DNA of 64,000 nucleotides from Welwitschia mirabilis (GCA_051453625.1 JBOZIK010000001.1:38586724-38650723), one strand, 5' to 3'. Counted from the stretch's first letter, positions 29,484 through 41,824 are shown. Made by a program: numbers and translations. The notes: generated from the sequence alone by a model not told the origin.

Positions 29484-31579
29484 GTATCTATTTGAATGTA
29501 ACATATCATTTTATTATGTTAGAAATTCTTAAACTCATCATATTTTGAATTAGTTTTGAAGGAAAAAGTTATGTTTAAGAAGAATAAAATGTTTTCTAAA
29601 AGTATTTTGATGAGGATTTTTTTATTTAGTTCAATGTTACTCATATTCATGTGTATGTGCCTCCTTATGCTTTTATCTATTTTAATGTTGGTGTTGTTTT
29701 TAAGAAGTTCATTTCACTCTTTGAGACTCTAATAGATTGTGAAATCAGCAACAATTTCATCAAAAGCTTAAGAACTTTAGTTTCTTAGTTGTAAGATTAA
29801 GGTTTCTCGATGCACTATTTCTTGAATGCTTAGTTTTATAAAAAAGTGTTCTGCTTTATTTTTGGAATTTACCTCAAGCCATGGATGGATGTGAAAGGAT
29901 TGAGTTTTGTTTGAGCATTTTTGTTATTCAGAGTATATCTAGCCTTTCTACTACTTGTACAGTAATCCTTTCTACTACTTGTATAGTAATCCTTGATTAT
30001 AGTTTTTAAGGAATGTTATTATTTCCTTTTGTTTTATATCTCCTTTTTAGCTTGGATTATCAATTTGTTTTGAGTAGTTTTCTAAATCCAAAGAGGCTTC
30101 TGAATGAGTTGTTCTAGTTAGCGCTTGAGAAGACCATCCCAGTGCACATATGTCCTACAAATTGAAGAAGCTAAAAGCAGTCTAAGTTTGCACTTGTGTA
30201 TATATAGCATACACTATAACTTTGTTTAGATTTATTAGCTAAGTTTGGTTAACTGAACCCTTTTATTAAGATTTACTACTTTTTGATCAAGAGGATAAAT
30301 AGTAGCTTTAATGCTGTAGTTTTGAAGAGGCTTTTTATAAGCAAGACAAATAGGCCTCACTCAGTCTTCAGGCTCAAATAGTTCATGAAAGGACAGGAGA
30401 ATAAAATTGTTGTTGAGAGCACAACATAGTTCTAGACCAAATTATAGNNNNNNNNNNACATTCTTAATCCAGATCTTGAGGTCATGTCAAAGTTGATAAT
30501 AAAGAATTCCAGTGAAGAGTTTTTATATCCACTCACTAATTACTATGCACTTTAGGAATGTTTGAAACATCAATTTATTCTTGGGCTGATTTCAAGGATT
30601 GTTGGAGAGGGAATTGAGGGCCTTGTTTAAGCAAGGAAGTATGCCTCTTAGATATGGACCTTTCTTGACCAGTTCTTCTATTATGTCTATGTGCTCTCTT
30701 TATCTTTAACTGCTTCTTCCCAACTAGGAGTTGAGAAAGATCTTGGAAAATGAGATGCGAATGACTGATTCATAAGTGCATGCCATTTTAGGTCTGCTAT
30801 ATCATCTTGAGGAACATAGAGTGATCAGTACTGGTTATCAGTCTCAAAGGCTTTATGAGCTTCAAAATCATATGCAACATCCACTGTAGAAGAAGTGCTA
30901 TTGATTATAGTGGAAGAATGAGTAGGGCCTTTATCACTTCCATTAATATTTGAGAGCACTACCATGGTTTTATGATGCCTCCCCTATTCTTTCCCTATTT
31001 TTCTTGATTATTTCTTTCTTTTGAGTCTTCTCTCCATTCAACACCTTGATAGCATATGCCAAATGAACAACTAGTTTCTAGTTGAAACAACCCCTTGATT
31101 TGCATTGATCTTCATATCCACTTGAATTGTATAATGCTTGAAATGCCTTTGAAGCAGTATAATAACATACAACTTGATGAAAAATCATTGAAAGTGGAAA
31201 TAATTAGCACAAACCTTTGGCACATGCTAGTGGTAATTGGGTTGAAAATGCTTATCAGTTGGTTGCTAGTTTTCTTAAGGAGTTTAAAGAAGGATGTCAT
31301 GTTATGAAAGTTACAATTAAATATAAGATAACAGAAAAATTAAGGACTAATTAAATTCCTCAAGCTTGTAATCATTAAAGCTGTTGTAGCACTAACAAGG
31401 TAAGACTACGATGTGTGTGTATAGATATTTCATGTCTATTAATCATACATGGATTAATAGGAAGTGGCTTTGAAAANNNNNNNNNNNNNNNNNNNNNNNN
31501 NNNNNNNNNNNNNNNNNNNNNNNNNNNNNNNNNNNNNNNNNNNNNNNNNNNNNNNNNNNNNNNNNNNNNNNNNNNNAAA

Positions 31580-33397
31580 TGATGTGTATGATCTTTAACC
31601 AATTGAATAAAAAAACCTTGGGTTATGATTCACTTATAAATGGAGTTGCTCCTACTTTTGTAAGTCAATTTTTTTTATTTTTATACATGTGCATTCTATC
31701 AAATGTCCTTCTCATCCTTCCATCTTCTTTTCTTTTTTACTCATCCTCTTCCTTTTGAGCATGGAGTATAGAGCTTGGATCTTAGATCTTGGGGCTTAAA
31801 GCATAGAGTCTGAGAGCTAAAGCTAAGGCTCTTGACCTTAGGAGTTAATTAAATCTTTATTAATCTCCATCAAATAAAAGTCTCCAATCATTAGTTTTCT
31901 AAGAATGTTTCTTCTACTTATTTTGCTTTTTATGTTATCTCTCTTTTTAAAAACATTGATACCATAATAGAGTATTGTCTCAAGTCATTGCATAGCCTTA
32001 TTATAGTATTTCTTTTCTTAAAATTATCCCTTTCATTAGACTTAAATGGAGATGAGGAAGTGATTTAAAGGATCTCTTTACATGCTTTGTTAGTAAGATT
32101 ACTGATGGAAAATTTAGGTCAAATGACTAGGGTTTCACTTTAACATTTGGGTATCCATGTTTATTATGTATTATGAAATAGTAAATATATTTTTTAGTTT
32201 CATTATGCATCTAACATACATTAGAAACATCCTATTAGCATGAATTATCTAATCTCCAACTTTCATTTATGCTAGGTAATTCTTCATGTTAATCCTAAGG
32301 CTCATTGAATTTATTTGCTTTAATCTAATTTTATGCATTATTTTTTTCTAATTTGTATATATTTGTAGTAGTTATCACTTATTTTGTGTATTATGTAGGC
32401 TTACTAGGTTAATTATTTATATTAATGGTTTCAACTATAGTTGCTGTAAATTTTAATTATGGACTTTTATGTTCTTATTATAGCTATAGTCTAAATTTTT
32501 CAAAATGGAAATTTAGCTTAAGAATATTATAACTTATTGAATACCAAATAAAATTTAATTATCTTTTTTGGTAAGTCTATGATTCTATTAGGAATATAAA
32601 ATTTTAAAAAATAGTAATTTTCTTAATGTTTAACAAATATTTAAAAATCATTTTATGAAAATAATTCAAAAATAAAAATAAAAAAATGTAATTGGTTTTA
32701 GCTTATAGCATTAATAAATATTATTTTATAATAAATGAATATCTTAAAATGTAGAAAATTGAATAAGCTTTTTAAAGACTTCTGAATTACTTAACAATTC
32801 AAAGTAATTTAAGCGTTATAACCATTTCAATATGGAATGGTATTATTTAAATAATTTTACACATAAAATGTTATCTTAGAAAATATATTTATAGGAATTT
32901 AAACTTAACGTAATTAATTTCTTGAGATTATATCATGAACCTATTGTAAACAAATAATTATAACTTATTTTTAACTTTATGAATAATCAATTAATAATTT
33001 ATAGTTGTGATGTCTCTTAAGAGGCTAAAAAATCTATAATTAATGTCATTAATTTAGAAGCTCTATTTAATAAACTCATGCTAATATAGAATAAATTAGT
33101 TATAAAGTATGAAAAGAATTAAGCAAAAATAACAAACCCTAGTTAAAAAGTAATCTTCCAATGTCATTTCAAATCAACTATGAATAATTTAATTAAAGCT
33201 AAGCATATAACAAGAGAAATTAAAAAGAACAATTAGTTTATATGCTTTGTCTAGAGTCAACCAAGGTAAAGAAAGGAGCAACATCAATATAGATTAGACC
33301 AATAATTCAAGAATGTGTTGATGTATTTACAATAAAACTACTAGGAATGCCACCTCTTTACAAGATTAAGTTTTGCATTGATTTTGTTATGGAAATT
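31580..33397 (+). mobile_element. Tekay/Del-like gypsy remnant (LTR-derived sequence plus short pol piece) inside the CACTA unit
   Basis: Inverted homology to 9800-11000 (GGTATCCATGTTTATT, AATCCTAAGGCT, TGATGTCTC). 33300-33397 encodes IIQECVDVFTIKLLGMPPLYKIKFCIDF (cf. EFPDVFPEELPGLPP.REIEF.IDL). Confidence 0.65.
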
Positions 33398-34446
33398 AGA
33401 AAAATAGGCTTTTAAGGCGTTTGTAAAATAAGAGGCATCTTTGAAGGCGTAATAGAACCACTGGGCGCATTTCTTCTAAAAACAGTGTGCGGATTGCTTC
33501 TCGGCCGATTTCGAGTTTTGATCCATTCCTTTGTTGTTATTTTCGCCTTCGTTTCAGTTTCTATTGTGCGCACAGGATTCTTCTTCCTCTCTCTGGAAAT
33601 CGCGTTCAAAGATAGCACTTTTAGGTTAAGTGTGGATTTCTGTTGCGGTTCGAGGGTTTTAGAGTGATTTCTTGCAGATTTGGCTGTCGCTTGTTGAGTT
33701 ACTTGTTGATTGAAGGCTTTTGCAGAGGTCTTTACTATTGTTTTTGGAGTTTCCTGTTGATAAAAGGATGTTGATTAAAGGTTTAGGGCGTTCAGGATGA
33801 GCAGAAGCATCAACACTGGTTCAGAGTTGTTTTTGGAGTGCTTAACTTCTCCACTATATCCTTAGAAGTTTAAACACTTGTAGCATAGATGCCAGGTTAA
33901 TGCCGAGTGATTTAAGCTCTGGGATTTTTGATGTGCACAATGTTGACATCAACTTTTTGCCTGAAGCATCTATCCTGGGCTTTCAAGATGGACAATCTTC
34001 TTTCTTAGACAAAACATTCCAAAATGACATGGATTTGTTCTTCACAAACAGACTTCAATCTTTAAACAAGAGAGAAATTGCAAAGGATGAGGAAGACATT
34101 ATTACTATTGAACCTATCCACACTACTCTTATAATTGGGTACTGATAAGTTGTTAGGGCCCTGATTTCCCTTATGGAAAGCTATAATACAGGGGCTCAGT
34201 TCTGTTTATAAAGGGATGATAAGGCAAGAGGGCAGGTCTTTGTGGTGTGCTGAAGCTGTCTCCTTACTAGCTTTAGAGATTAGTGGTTATTGATTCTGCT
34301 ATCCAATAAACTCTTTCCATAAGTTAGATGAGTTTGATTCTGATATTTATACCTTTGAGTTCAACAAGGATGTTGTGATAGGTTTTCTAGGTTATGATTT
34401 CTATCATTTTATTTCTAAGATTTATTTTCCATTATAGAAGTCAAAA

Positions 34447-34533
34447 GTGGGATCCAAAGGAAAGGTGTTTACACGTGCGGAGGTTTCAGGGCACAACCAC
34501 AGGCAAGATTACTGACTTATCATTAAGGAAAAG
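34447..34533 (+). pseudogene. CB5: Captured cytochrome b5 first coding exon (copy 2)
   Basis: VGSKGKVFTRAEVSGHNHRQDY*LIIKEK then GT. ATG has become GTG. Same stop position as copy 1. Confidence 0.9.
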
Positions 34534-35566
34534 GTATTTGTTTAAATGTAATAGATTAGGAATTCTTAAGACTCTTCATATTTTGAGTTAGTTTTTGGGG
34601 AAAAAGTTACGTTTAAGACAAATTGGCATGTTTTCTAAAAGTATTTGGTGAGGAATTTTTTCTCTGGTTCAATTTTACTCATATTCATGTGGATGTGCCT
34701 CCTTCTGCTTTTATCTACTTTAATGTTGGTGTTGTTTTTAATCAGTTCTTCATTTCACTCTTGAGACTCTGCTAGATTGTCAGATCGGTAACAATTTCAT
34801 CATAAGCTCAAGCACTTTGGTCGCTTGGTTATAACGTTAAGGTTTTCTTATGCGCTGTTTGTTGTAAGAAAGTGTTCTGATTTATTTCTGGAATTTTCCT
34901 CAGGCCATGGATGGATGCGAAGGATTGAGTTTTGTTTGAGCATTTTTGTTATTCAGAGTATATCTAGCCTTTCTACTACTTGTGCAGGAATCCTTGCTAC
35001 TACTTGTGCAGTAATCCATGATCATAGTTTTTAAGGAATATTATTATTTCCTTTTGTTTTAGATCTCCTTTTCAGCTTGGATTATCGATTTATTTTGAGT
35101 AGTTTTCTGAATCCAAAGAGGCCTCTGAATGAGTTATTCTAGTCAACGCTTGAGACGACCCTCCCAGTGCACACATGTCCTGCAAATTGAAGCAGTCTGA
35201 GTTTGCACTTGTGCCTATATAGCATACAATGCAACTTTGTTCAGATTCGCCAGCCGAGTTTGCTTAAATGGTTTACTTTAAATGGCTAACTGAACCCTCT
35301 TATTAAGCTTTACCGCTTTTTGATCAGAAGGACAAACAGTATATTGAATGCTATAGTTCTGAAGATGCTTTTTATGAGCAAGGTAAATAGGCCTCACTCA
35401 GTCTCTAGGCTCACACAGTTTATGAAAAGACAGGAGCATAAAATTGCTGCTGAGAGCAAAAATAGTTTTGGACTAAATTATAGCTTATATTCCTCACATT
35501 CTTAATCCAAATCTTAAGGCCACATCAAAGTTGATAACAGAGAATGCCAGTGAAGAGTTTTTATAT

Positions 35567-36064
35567 TTACTTACTAATTACTATGCACTTCAGGGATTTG
35601 TGAAACATCAGTTTAGTCTTGGGCTGATTACAAGGGCTGTTCGAGAGGGAATTGAGGGCCTCGTTTAAGCAGGGAAGTATGTCTCTTAGATATGGGTCTC
35701 CCTTGACTACTTTTTCTATTGTGTCTATGTTCCTCTCTTTATCCTTGACTAATTCTTTCCAACTAGGAGGTGAGAAAGCTTCTGAAAAATGAGATGCGAA
35801 TGACTGATTCGTAAGTGCATGCCATTCCAGATCTGCTATGTCAGTCTCAAAGGCTTCATGAGCTCCAGAATCATATGCAACATCAACTATAGAAGAAGTA
35901 CTATTAATTACAATGGAAGAATGAGCAGGGTATCTAGCACTACCATTGGTATTTGAGAGCACTACCATGGTTCTCTGATGCCTTCCCTCTTCTTCCCTAT
36001 TTTTCCTGATTGTTTCTTGCTTTTGGGTCTTCTCTCCATTCAACACCTTGATAGTATATGCCAA
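35567..36064 (-). other. Open 165-aa frame inside cargo; unidentified captured coding-like sequence
   Basis: Longest N-free ORF in the window. Homolog at ~30535-31060 with an extra ~33-bp segment. No family recognised. Confidence 0.4.
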
Positions 36065-36134
36065 ATGAACAACCAGCTTCTAGTTGGAACAACCCCTTGA
36101 TTTGCATTGAACTTAATAACCAACTGAATTGTAT

Positions 36135-36220
36135 GATGCTGGAAATGCCTGTGGAGTGGTACAATGACATACAACTTGATGGAAAACCATTGAAACTGGA
36201 AATAATTGGCATAAACCTTT
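36135..36220 (+). pseudogene. ALY: Captured ALY/THO complex subunit 4 RRM C-terminal fragment (also at ~31133-31220 and ~42944-43030)
   Basis: [23 protein letters not shown], cf. plant ALY AVKRYNNVQLDGKPMKIEIVGTNI. Confidence 0.8.
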
Positions 36221-36224
36221 GGCA

Positions 36225-36347
36225 CATGCCAGTGGTAACTGGGTTGAAAATGCTGATCGCTTGGTTGCTGGTTTCCTTAAGGAGTTTGAAGAAGGATGCC
36301 ATGTTATGGAAGTTGCAATTAAATATAACAGAAAAACATTAAAAAGG
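36225..36347 (+). pseudogene. CCT: Captured choline-phosphate cytidylyltransferase C-terminal fragment (also at ~31222-31347 and ~43033-43157)
   Basis: In a frame different from [36 protein letters not shown], cf. plant CCT [33 protein letters not shown]. Confidence 0.85.
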
Positions 36348-36635
36348 ACTAATTAAATTTCCCAAGCTTGAAATCATTAAAGATGTTGTAACAGAAGCAA
36401 GATAAGACTGCTATGTGTGTGTCATAGAGATTTCATGTCTATTAATCATACATGGATTAACAGGAAGTGGTTTTGAAAAAAAGATCAGTATTATACTGCA
36501 ATCAATGTCTTCATATAGTTTTTCAGTTACCTATTCTTTGAGTGCTAAATTTCTGGGTAAACAACATTAAATTTTATGTATTAAATAGTTTAATTTGATA
36601 GTATTAATGTGACCACTAGACATACATTATAACAG

Positions 36636-37029
36636 GTATTGCTGATATAGTGGAAAGAAGGCTTGGGACCATCAAGCTTCCTTACAACAAGAATAAATCC
36701 TACATTGGCACATGTGTCGTGTTTCTGATGGCTTTTCTATTTAGTCTACGTAAGTATCTTTTAGCAATCATACTGTAAGTAACCTATTTTTAATGCTACT
36801 TAAGAGAACCCCATGCAATGTCTTCAAATGCTTTTTTTTTTGATGTTTCAGGTATTTATATTATTTTACCTCATTTGGATATTATAAAGTTAGCACAAGT
36901 ATGATATGGTCTTCATTATTTGTCTCTCTGACAGCCACAATTGTTGAATCTTTACCATTAAGTACTCAACCGGATGATAATCTTAATGTTCCATTAGCTT
37001 CTGTTCTAACTAGCTGCTTATTGTTTTGA
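36636..37029 (+). pseudogene. FOLK: Captured last two exons plus intron of farnesol kinase / phytol kinase family gene (copy in second element)
   Basis: Exon 36636-36749 GIADIVERRLGTIKLPYNKNKSYIG; GT-AG intron; exon 36852-37029 YLYYFTSFGYY...ATIVESLPLSTQPDDNLNVPLASVLTSCLLF*. A 1-nt loss at the donor breaks phase. Confidence 0.88.
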
Positions 37030-37122
37030 TGTAAGAGCCTTCTAACTTTTTTTGGGTAATTTGTAATAATTTGACATGCCATCCATAGGCATATTCAGAT
37101 CGTTTTTGGGTTGGTGTCACAT

Positions 37123-37280
37123 GATCAGCTAACAATGAATAGAATCATGATCTTTTGAAATCATCACATAACATATCCATTCGATCAGCTAACAATGAAT
37201 AGAACCATGATCTTTTGAAATCATCACATAACATATCCATTTGATCAGCTAACAATGAATGGAACCATGATCTTTTGAAA
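37123..37280 (+). repeat. 60-bp tandem repeat, ~2.6 copies (~1.6 copies at ~43932-44030)
   Basis: GATCAGCTAACAATGAATAGAA.CATGATCTTTTGAAA recurs at 37123, 37183 and 37243. Confidence 0.9.
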
Positions 37281-38759
37281 AACATCATTTTTGGATTGAG
37301 TTTGTTTTTCTTATACATTTTTGGTAACCTTGTGAAATATTTTCCTTATTGATGTTTCTCATGAATATTATAGGAACTCAGACTTGTCTTTAAAGTCAAA
37401 GAGGTGAATTAAAATTTCAACGTAACTGAAAGCAACAACATATTTTTATTTACTTTAGTTTTAAGGCTAGAAAATTTTGATGGAAGACCTATGCTTACTG
37501 ACTTCTACTTGTTAAGCATCGATGTTTTTCTGTGATGAAGATTTTCTTTTCCTGATTATGAAAGAAGGATTTTATTTCTTTTCCATTTGTAGGTATATTC
37601 ACAAAAATGATTGGTTTTCTTTGTCTTGTTCTTTTTCTTTTTCTTTTCTTGTTCTAGTTTTCTTTACTTTTCTAGTGTCGTTCACTAAAGATCTTTGTCT
37701 GTTCGCTTTTGTAAGCTATAGAATGCTGTAATAGATGCTGTGTTTTACACATACTCAAGTGCCAGAAGTAGCCTTTCAGCTACACCTTTGTCAGTTTTAC
37801 TGTGCCATGCTTTGAATTGAGAATCTGGTACATGTGCCTCCTTGAAGTTAGGACTTTTTGTTTTGAGATTGAAAGACTCCGATACATAGAAGTTATAGCA
37901 AACATCAAAGCTTTTGGAAAATCATTCAAAATCTAGTGACATATGAATTCCTTCTCTCAAAATAATAAAAAAGATACCTAATCAAAGCAGCGTTTTTTGT
38001 ATTCCAGTCTAAAATGGATGAGAACATTAAGACACTAGAAAAAGGAAACATCTTTGATTAGTTTAGAGATCATTTATAGGCAATAGGTCCCAGCTTCAAG
38101 ACAAATTCGCAGAGGGCAGTTTACCTAAAATACTGGAATGTTTGGTTGAGGTGGCCTTTTTAATCATTATAATTAAGTGTTTTTCTNNNNNNNNNNNNNN
38201 NNNNNNNNNNNNNNNNNNNNNNNNNNNNNNNNNNNNNNNNNNNNNNNNNNNNNNNNNNNNNNNNNNNNNNNNNNNNNNNNNNNNNNTGAAAGAGGTTGTT
38301 GTGAGAGTGTGCATGGACATCATGAGTGAAAAGGAAGATGTTGTGAGCTATGAGTGAGGGGGAAAAATATAAGCTTGCTTATATAATAGAACCCATACAA
38401 TCATTATAATACATGAATAAAGATAAGGAAGGTATAAAAGCAAATGCTTAAGTATAGGGCATATAGGTAGTTCGGTGATTAAGGTATGTAGGGGAAAAAA
38501 CTTATGCTAGGTAATAGGAACATATCCACAGCTTAATCATGGATTTGGTGGAAAAATATATAAAATTATATCTAGACAAGATTTAAAAAATAATAAAAGA
38601 TAAGATTAATAAAATAGTAATAAATAGGATAAGGTAGGAAGTATAAAATAAGTGAACTCGTACACTATAAGAATGATTCAAAAATAGGGAATGGTTTAAG
38701 AATAGAATGATCAAATATTTAATTCCTTATTAATAACCTAAACCAAAATTATGTCCAAG

Positions 38760-40000
38760 GGTAAGTATAATCCTATTTTTTCATACCCATCTAAGATGTT
38801 GTAATGGCATAATGGAATAAAATATATCTAAGTAGTATTTCAATGTTTTGTAAGCTATATTATCCATGATTTATGTCGTTAGATGTCATTGATTTGTCTA
38901 GATCTTGATTGATAGATATCTTTACTAGAATGCAAGCATATAGATTTGGTGTTTTTATCTTGATTTGGTACATGCTATCTATCTCTAAATTCCTCTACAT
39001 GACATTGTGAAAGAAGGAGTCTAGTATGTGCTAGTCTTTGTGGATGGAATATATATGTGTATGAATGAGATATGATGGGAGATTAACCATTATGACAGAG
39101 AAGTCATGATATACCCAGAGGAGGATGGTCTCCATTTAGAGCGAAGTATATAATATCAATTTATGATGTGTGATATGGATGGTTGTTTGGCGGGAAATCA
39201 ATTTCATAACTAAGAGGTGATGTTTTACCTATTGGTGGGTGTGCCTAATAGAGAAGGCAATTGTATATAGTCAATCTATGGATGATGTTATCATACACAT
39301 GAATGATCTTTATGATGAGGAGTCACATGGTTGCCTTGTGTAGGGCATGCCTTGGTATTGTTGCTTTGAAATTAACTCACATGACTCAAGAGTGGTTAAG
39401 TTGACTTATATATAGACCTATGGGATCATGACCCCATAGTAGTAGCTAATGGATGGTTAGACTAGAGCTTTATGGAATACCTTACTGATTGTTTTCTATA
39501 TCTTTATCTATAGCTATTGATAGATATGATATAGTATTTGCTTGTGGATTACGTGATCTTCAAGACGTCACTAGATCTATCATTTCATTTGTCCACTTTC
39601 TTAGTGATATAGATCATTTGAATTTATCATACACTCATATGTATTAGTAATGACAGAGATAATATCCACAACAGAACTATGTAAAGTTTGAGTTCCTTTG
39701 GGTGAGAACAAATAGATGTGATTACTTCCTATAGGTTAATCAATCACTTAATCCAATCTTAATTTGATACATCTTTTTTAATTTATATAAATGTATTAAC
39801 TATTTAAATGATGATTTTGATTATCTATTTTATTTTATGAGATTCTAGGTTATGAAAGACCTTATGTTCCTTATGAAGAAGTGGAAAACCTAGGATGACA
39901 AGAAAAAGAAAAGGTGGCTTAAATACCACATCTTGCCTAGCCTTGTTGATCTTCAAAACCTAGTAAAAAATTGAAGGAAAGAGATTAACACTACTGACTA
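38760..40000 (+). mobile_element. Possible highly decayed Mutator (MuDR) transposase remnant
   Basis: Weak motif order: FVDGIYM (cf. VDGTHL), MIYP (cf. IYPLA), MMCDMDG (cf. FMSDR.KG), YERPY. Very degraded. Confidence 0.35.
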
Positions 40001-40849
40001 GAAATACTTATAATATTAGGCTAAGCATCGTTAAGGGATCTTAAAATTAAAGCAAATTGTTACCACCCCTAGGAAAGCAAAAGTGCTCTTGCAAGAAGGC
40101 TTGCGAATCTAATTCTAAACCTTTTAATGAGATGTTGTTAGCTAAATCTAAATAGCAGAATGAAATGTTATCATGAACAATCACTTAATATGAGCTCCAA
40201 ATTGAAGCCATGAGATCTAAACTAAAAAGTACCACAAACTTTAATATTTTCTTATGTAAAAAAATTTCAATGGTCCTTTGTGTTTTTCTCTTCAGTAGTC
40301 AGGTGGATGTTAATATGGTTATATGTATGGGCATTATTATCTACATATAGTACTTTCTTGTTTCTTCTATAGAGGGGATTACTATAATCAACCTCTTGTA
40401 TCACTTATAATAGATTTACCTAGTTCTTATTTGTAATGGGATTTTTGTTTTAATATAGTAATGGCATGTGTTCTAAATGGTTTTACTATTTGGGTCTTTT
40501 ATTTTAAAAAAATTAGTTTATGAGTGAATTTAACTATAGTACATAATGTTTATTATAAGAGATTAAGGAATTAGATAAAATTAGTTTGAAGTTTCCTATA
40601 GGAAACAACACCTTAAATAAAATTCTTATAAGACATAAAGTAGCAAGAGATAAGAGTAGATTAGGATATGTGCCTCTACTCTCTTTAATCTTTATGAAAT
40701 CATCTTTTAAGAAATCATCCATAATATCAAACTATAAAACTTATCTTACTAGAAGCTTTGAGTTAGATGATGTTGTTGGTGTGATGAAAAATTTAGAAAN
40801 NNNNNNNNNGAAAATAATGTCTTTGTAACTTTCATTTGTTAATTTCCAT

Positions 40850-41421
40850 TGTAACACCCTTGTCTTAATAACTATTATAATAGTCTTCGATTATGGCTAT
40901 TATAACGGTCATGTATTATAACCACATTTAGTTCTAATAATCTTTGTGATGATCATGCTATTACTAGTCCTAGGTATAATGTTCCAAAATTAGGGATAAT
41001 GCTATATAAAGTGCCTTTGAGCCTTAGGTATAAGGGGTGGTGTATGTGGTCTACTCAAGTAATAGTTGAAGGGTCTTGAACATAATTCTTCTCTTGAAGG
41101 CTAAAGCCTTATTGTAATTTTGTTATTCTTTTCTAAAGACTAATAGAGTGCCTACGTTTGCATGGATGTTATCCATTACATAAAAGTGTTTTACCATGTC
41201 AATTTTATGACTATTTTTTTCTTTCAAAGTTATTTTCTGTTTTCTTCATTCTTATTCTATTTCTTACTTTCACATGTATACAACAACTAGTATCAAAGTT
41301 CTAGAATTTTTCTCATCTTTGGAAAAGGTGTTCTAGTATTTTCATTTGGGTATAGTCCATATTCTAAGTTCGTGCTTTAGATAAGATGGATAAAGTGAAG
41401 ATCCAAAGATTAATGGGTACT
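40850..41421 (+). mobile_element. Short LTR, PBS and gag start of a copia-like element, cut by the CACTA end at 41422
   Basis: TGTAACAC (40850)...TACAACA (41285); decayed PBS TAGTATCAAAGT at 41288; ATG at 41386, MDKVKIQR then NG (cf. KIEKFNG). Confidence 0.55.
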
Positions 41422-41824
41422 TACTATAAGAAATATAGGATCTTAAAAAAACACCTTAAAAGATTTTAAGACATTTCTTTATAAAATGCTTTAAAAAACC
41501 TTGCCTTAAAAGGATATTGGCTTTTAAGAAATTTCGAAGGCATTTTAATAAAAACACCTCGAAAGTTCTTTTAAGGCATTCTTTTGAGAAACTTCTTAAA
41601 GGCCCTTTTGAGCTGTTTTTTGCAGAAATGCCTCAAAGGTCCTTTTGAGGTGTTTTTTGTAGAAATGCCTTTAAAGGTTTATTTCTATGTTTTAAGGTGT
41701 TATTTTTTGTAGAAACACCTTAAAAGGTTTACTATGTTTGGAAAAATTTTTAAATAAATGCCCTAAATCCCTAGGGAATCCTTTATAAAGGAAGGTCTTA
41801 AAATATCCTTGTTTTCTTGCACAG
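41422..41824 (-). mobile_element. Inverted CACTA right-type end / MITE-like derivative inside the compound element
   Basis: TACTATAAGAAATATAGGATCTTAA matches the rc of the 46406 terminus, and the following ~300 bp is colinear with the rc of the right subterminal region. Ends in a partial TIR-like CTTAAAATATCCTTGTTTTCTTG. Confidence 0.75.

Larger units (their letters stand above)
33398..38186 (+). mobile_element. Second copy of the Pack-CACTA (left end missing its first 7 bp; ends at N gap)
   Basis: AGAAAAATAGGCTTTTAAGG at 33398-33417 is identical to 28068-28087. ~33470-36480 is colinear with ~28410-31477. ~36015-38186 is colinear with ~42825-44935. Confidence 0.9.

Noticed and set aside
34150-34310. 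VYKGMIRQEGRSLW resembling a mitochondrial carrier repeat
   Set aside because: The match is too short and the spacing is inconsistent, so it cannot be supported without a search.
37123-37280. Regularly spaced repeats resembling a CRISPR array
   Set aside because: The 'spacers' are identical, so this is a plain tandem repeat. The context is plant DNA with no cas genes.
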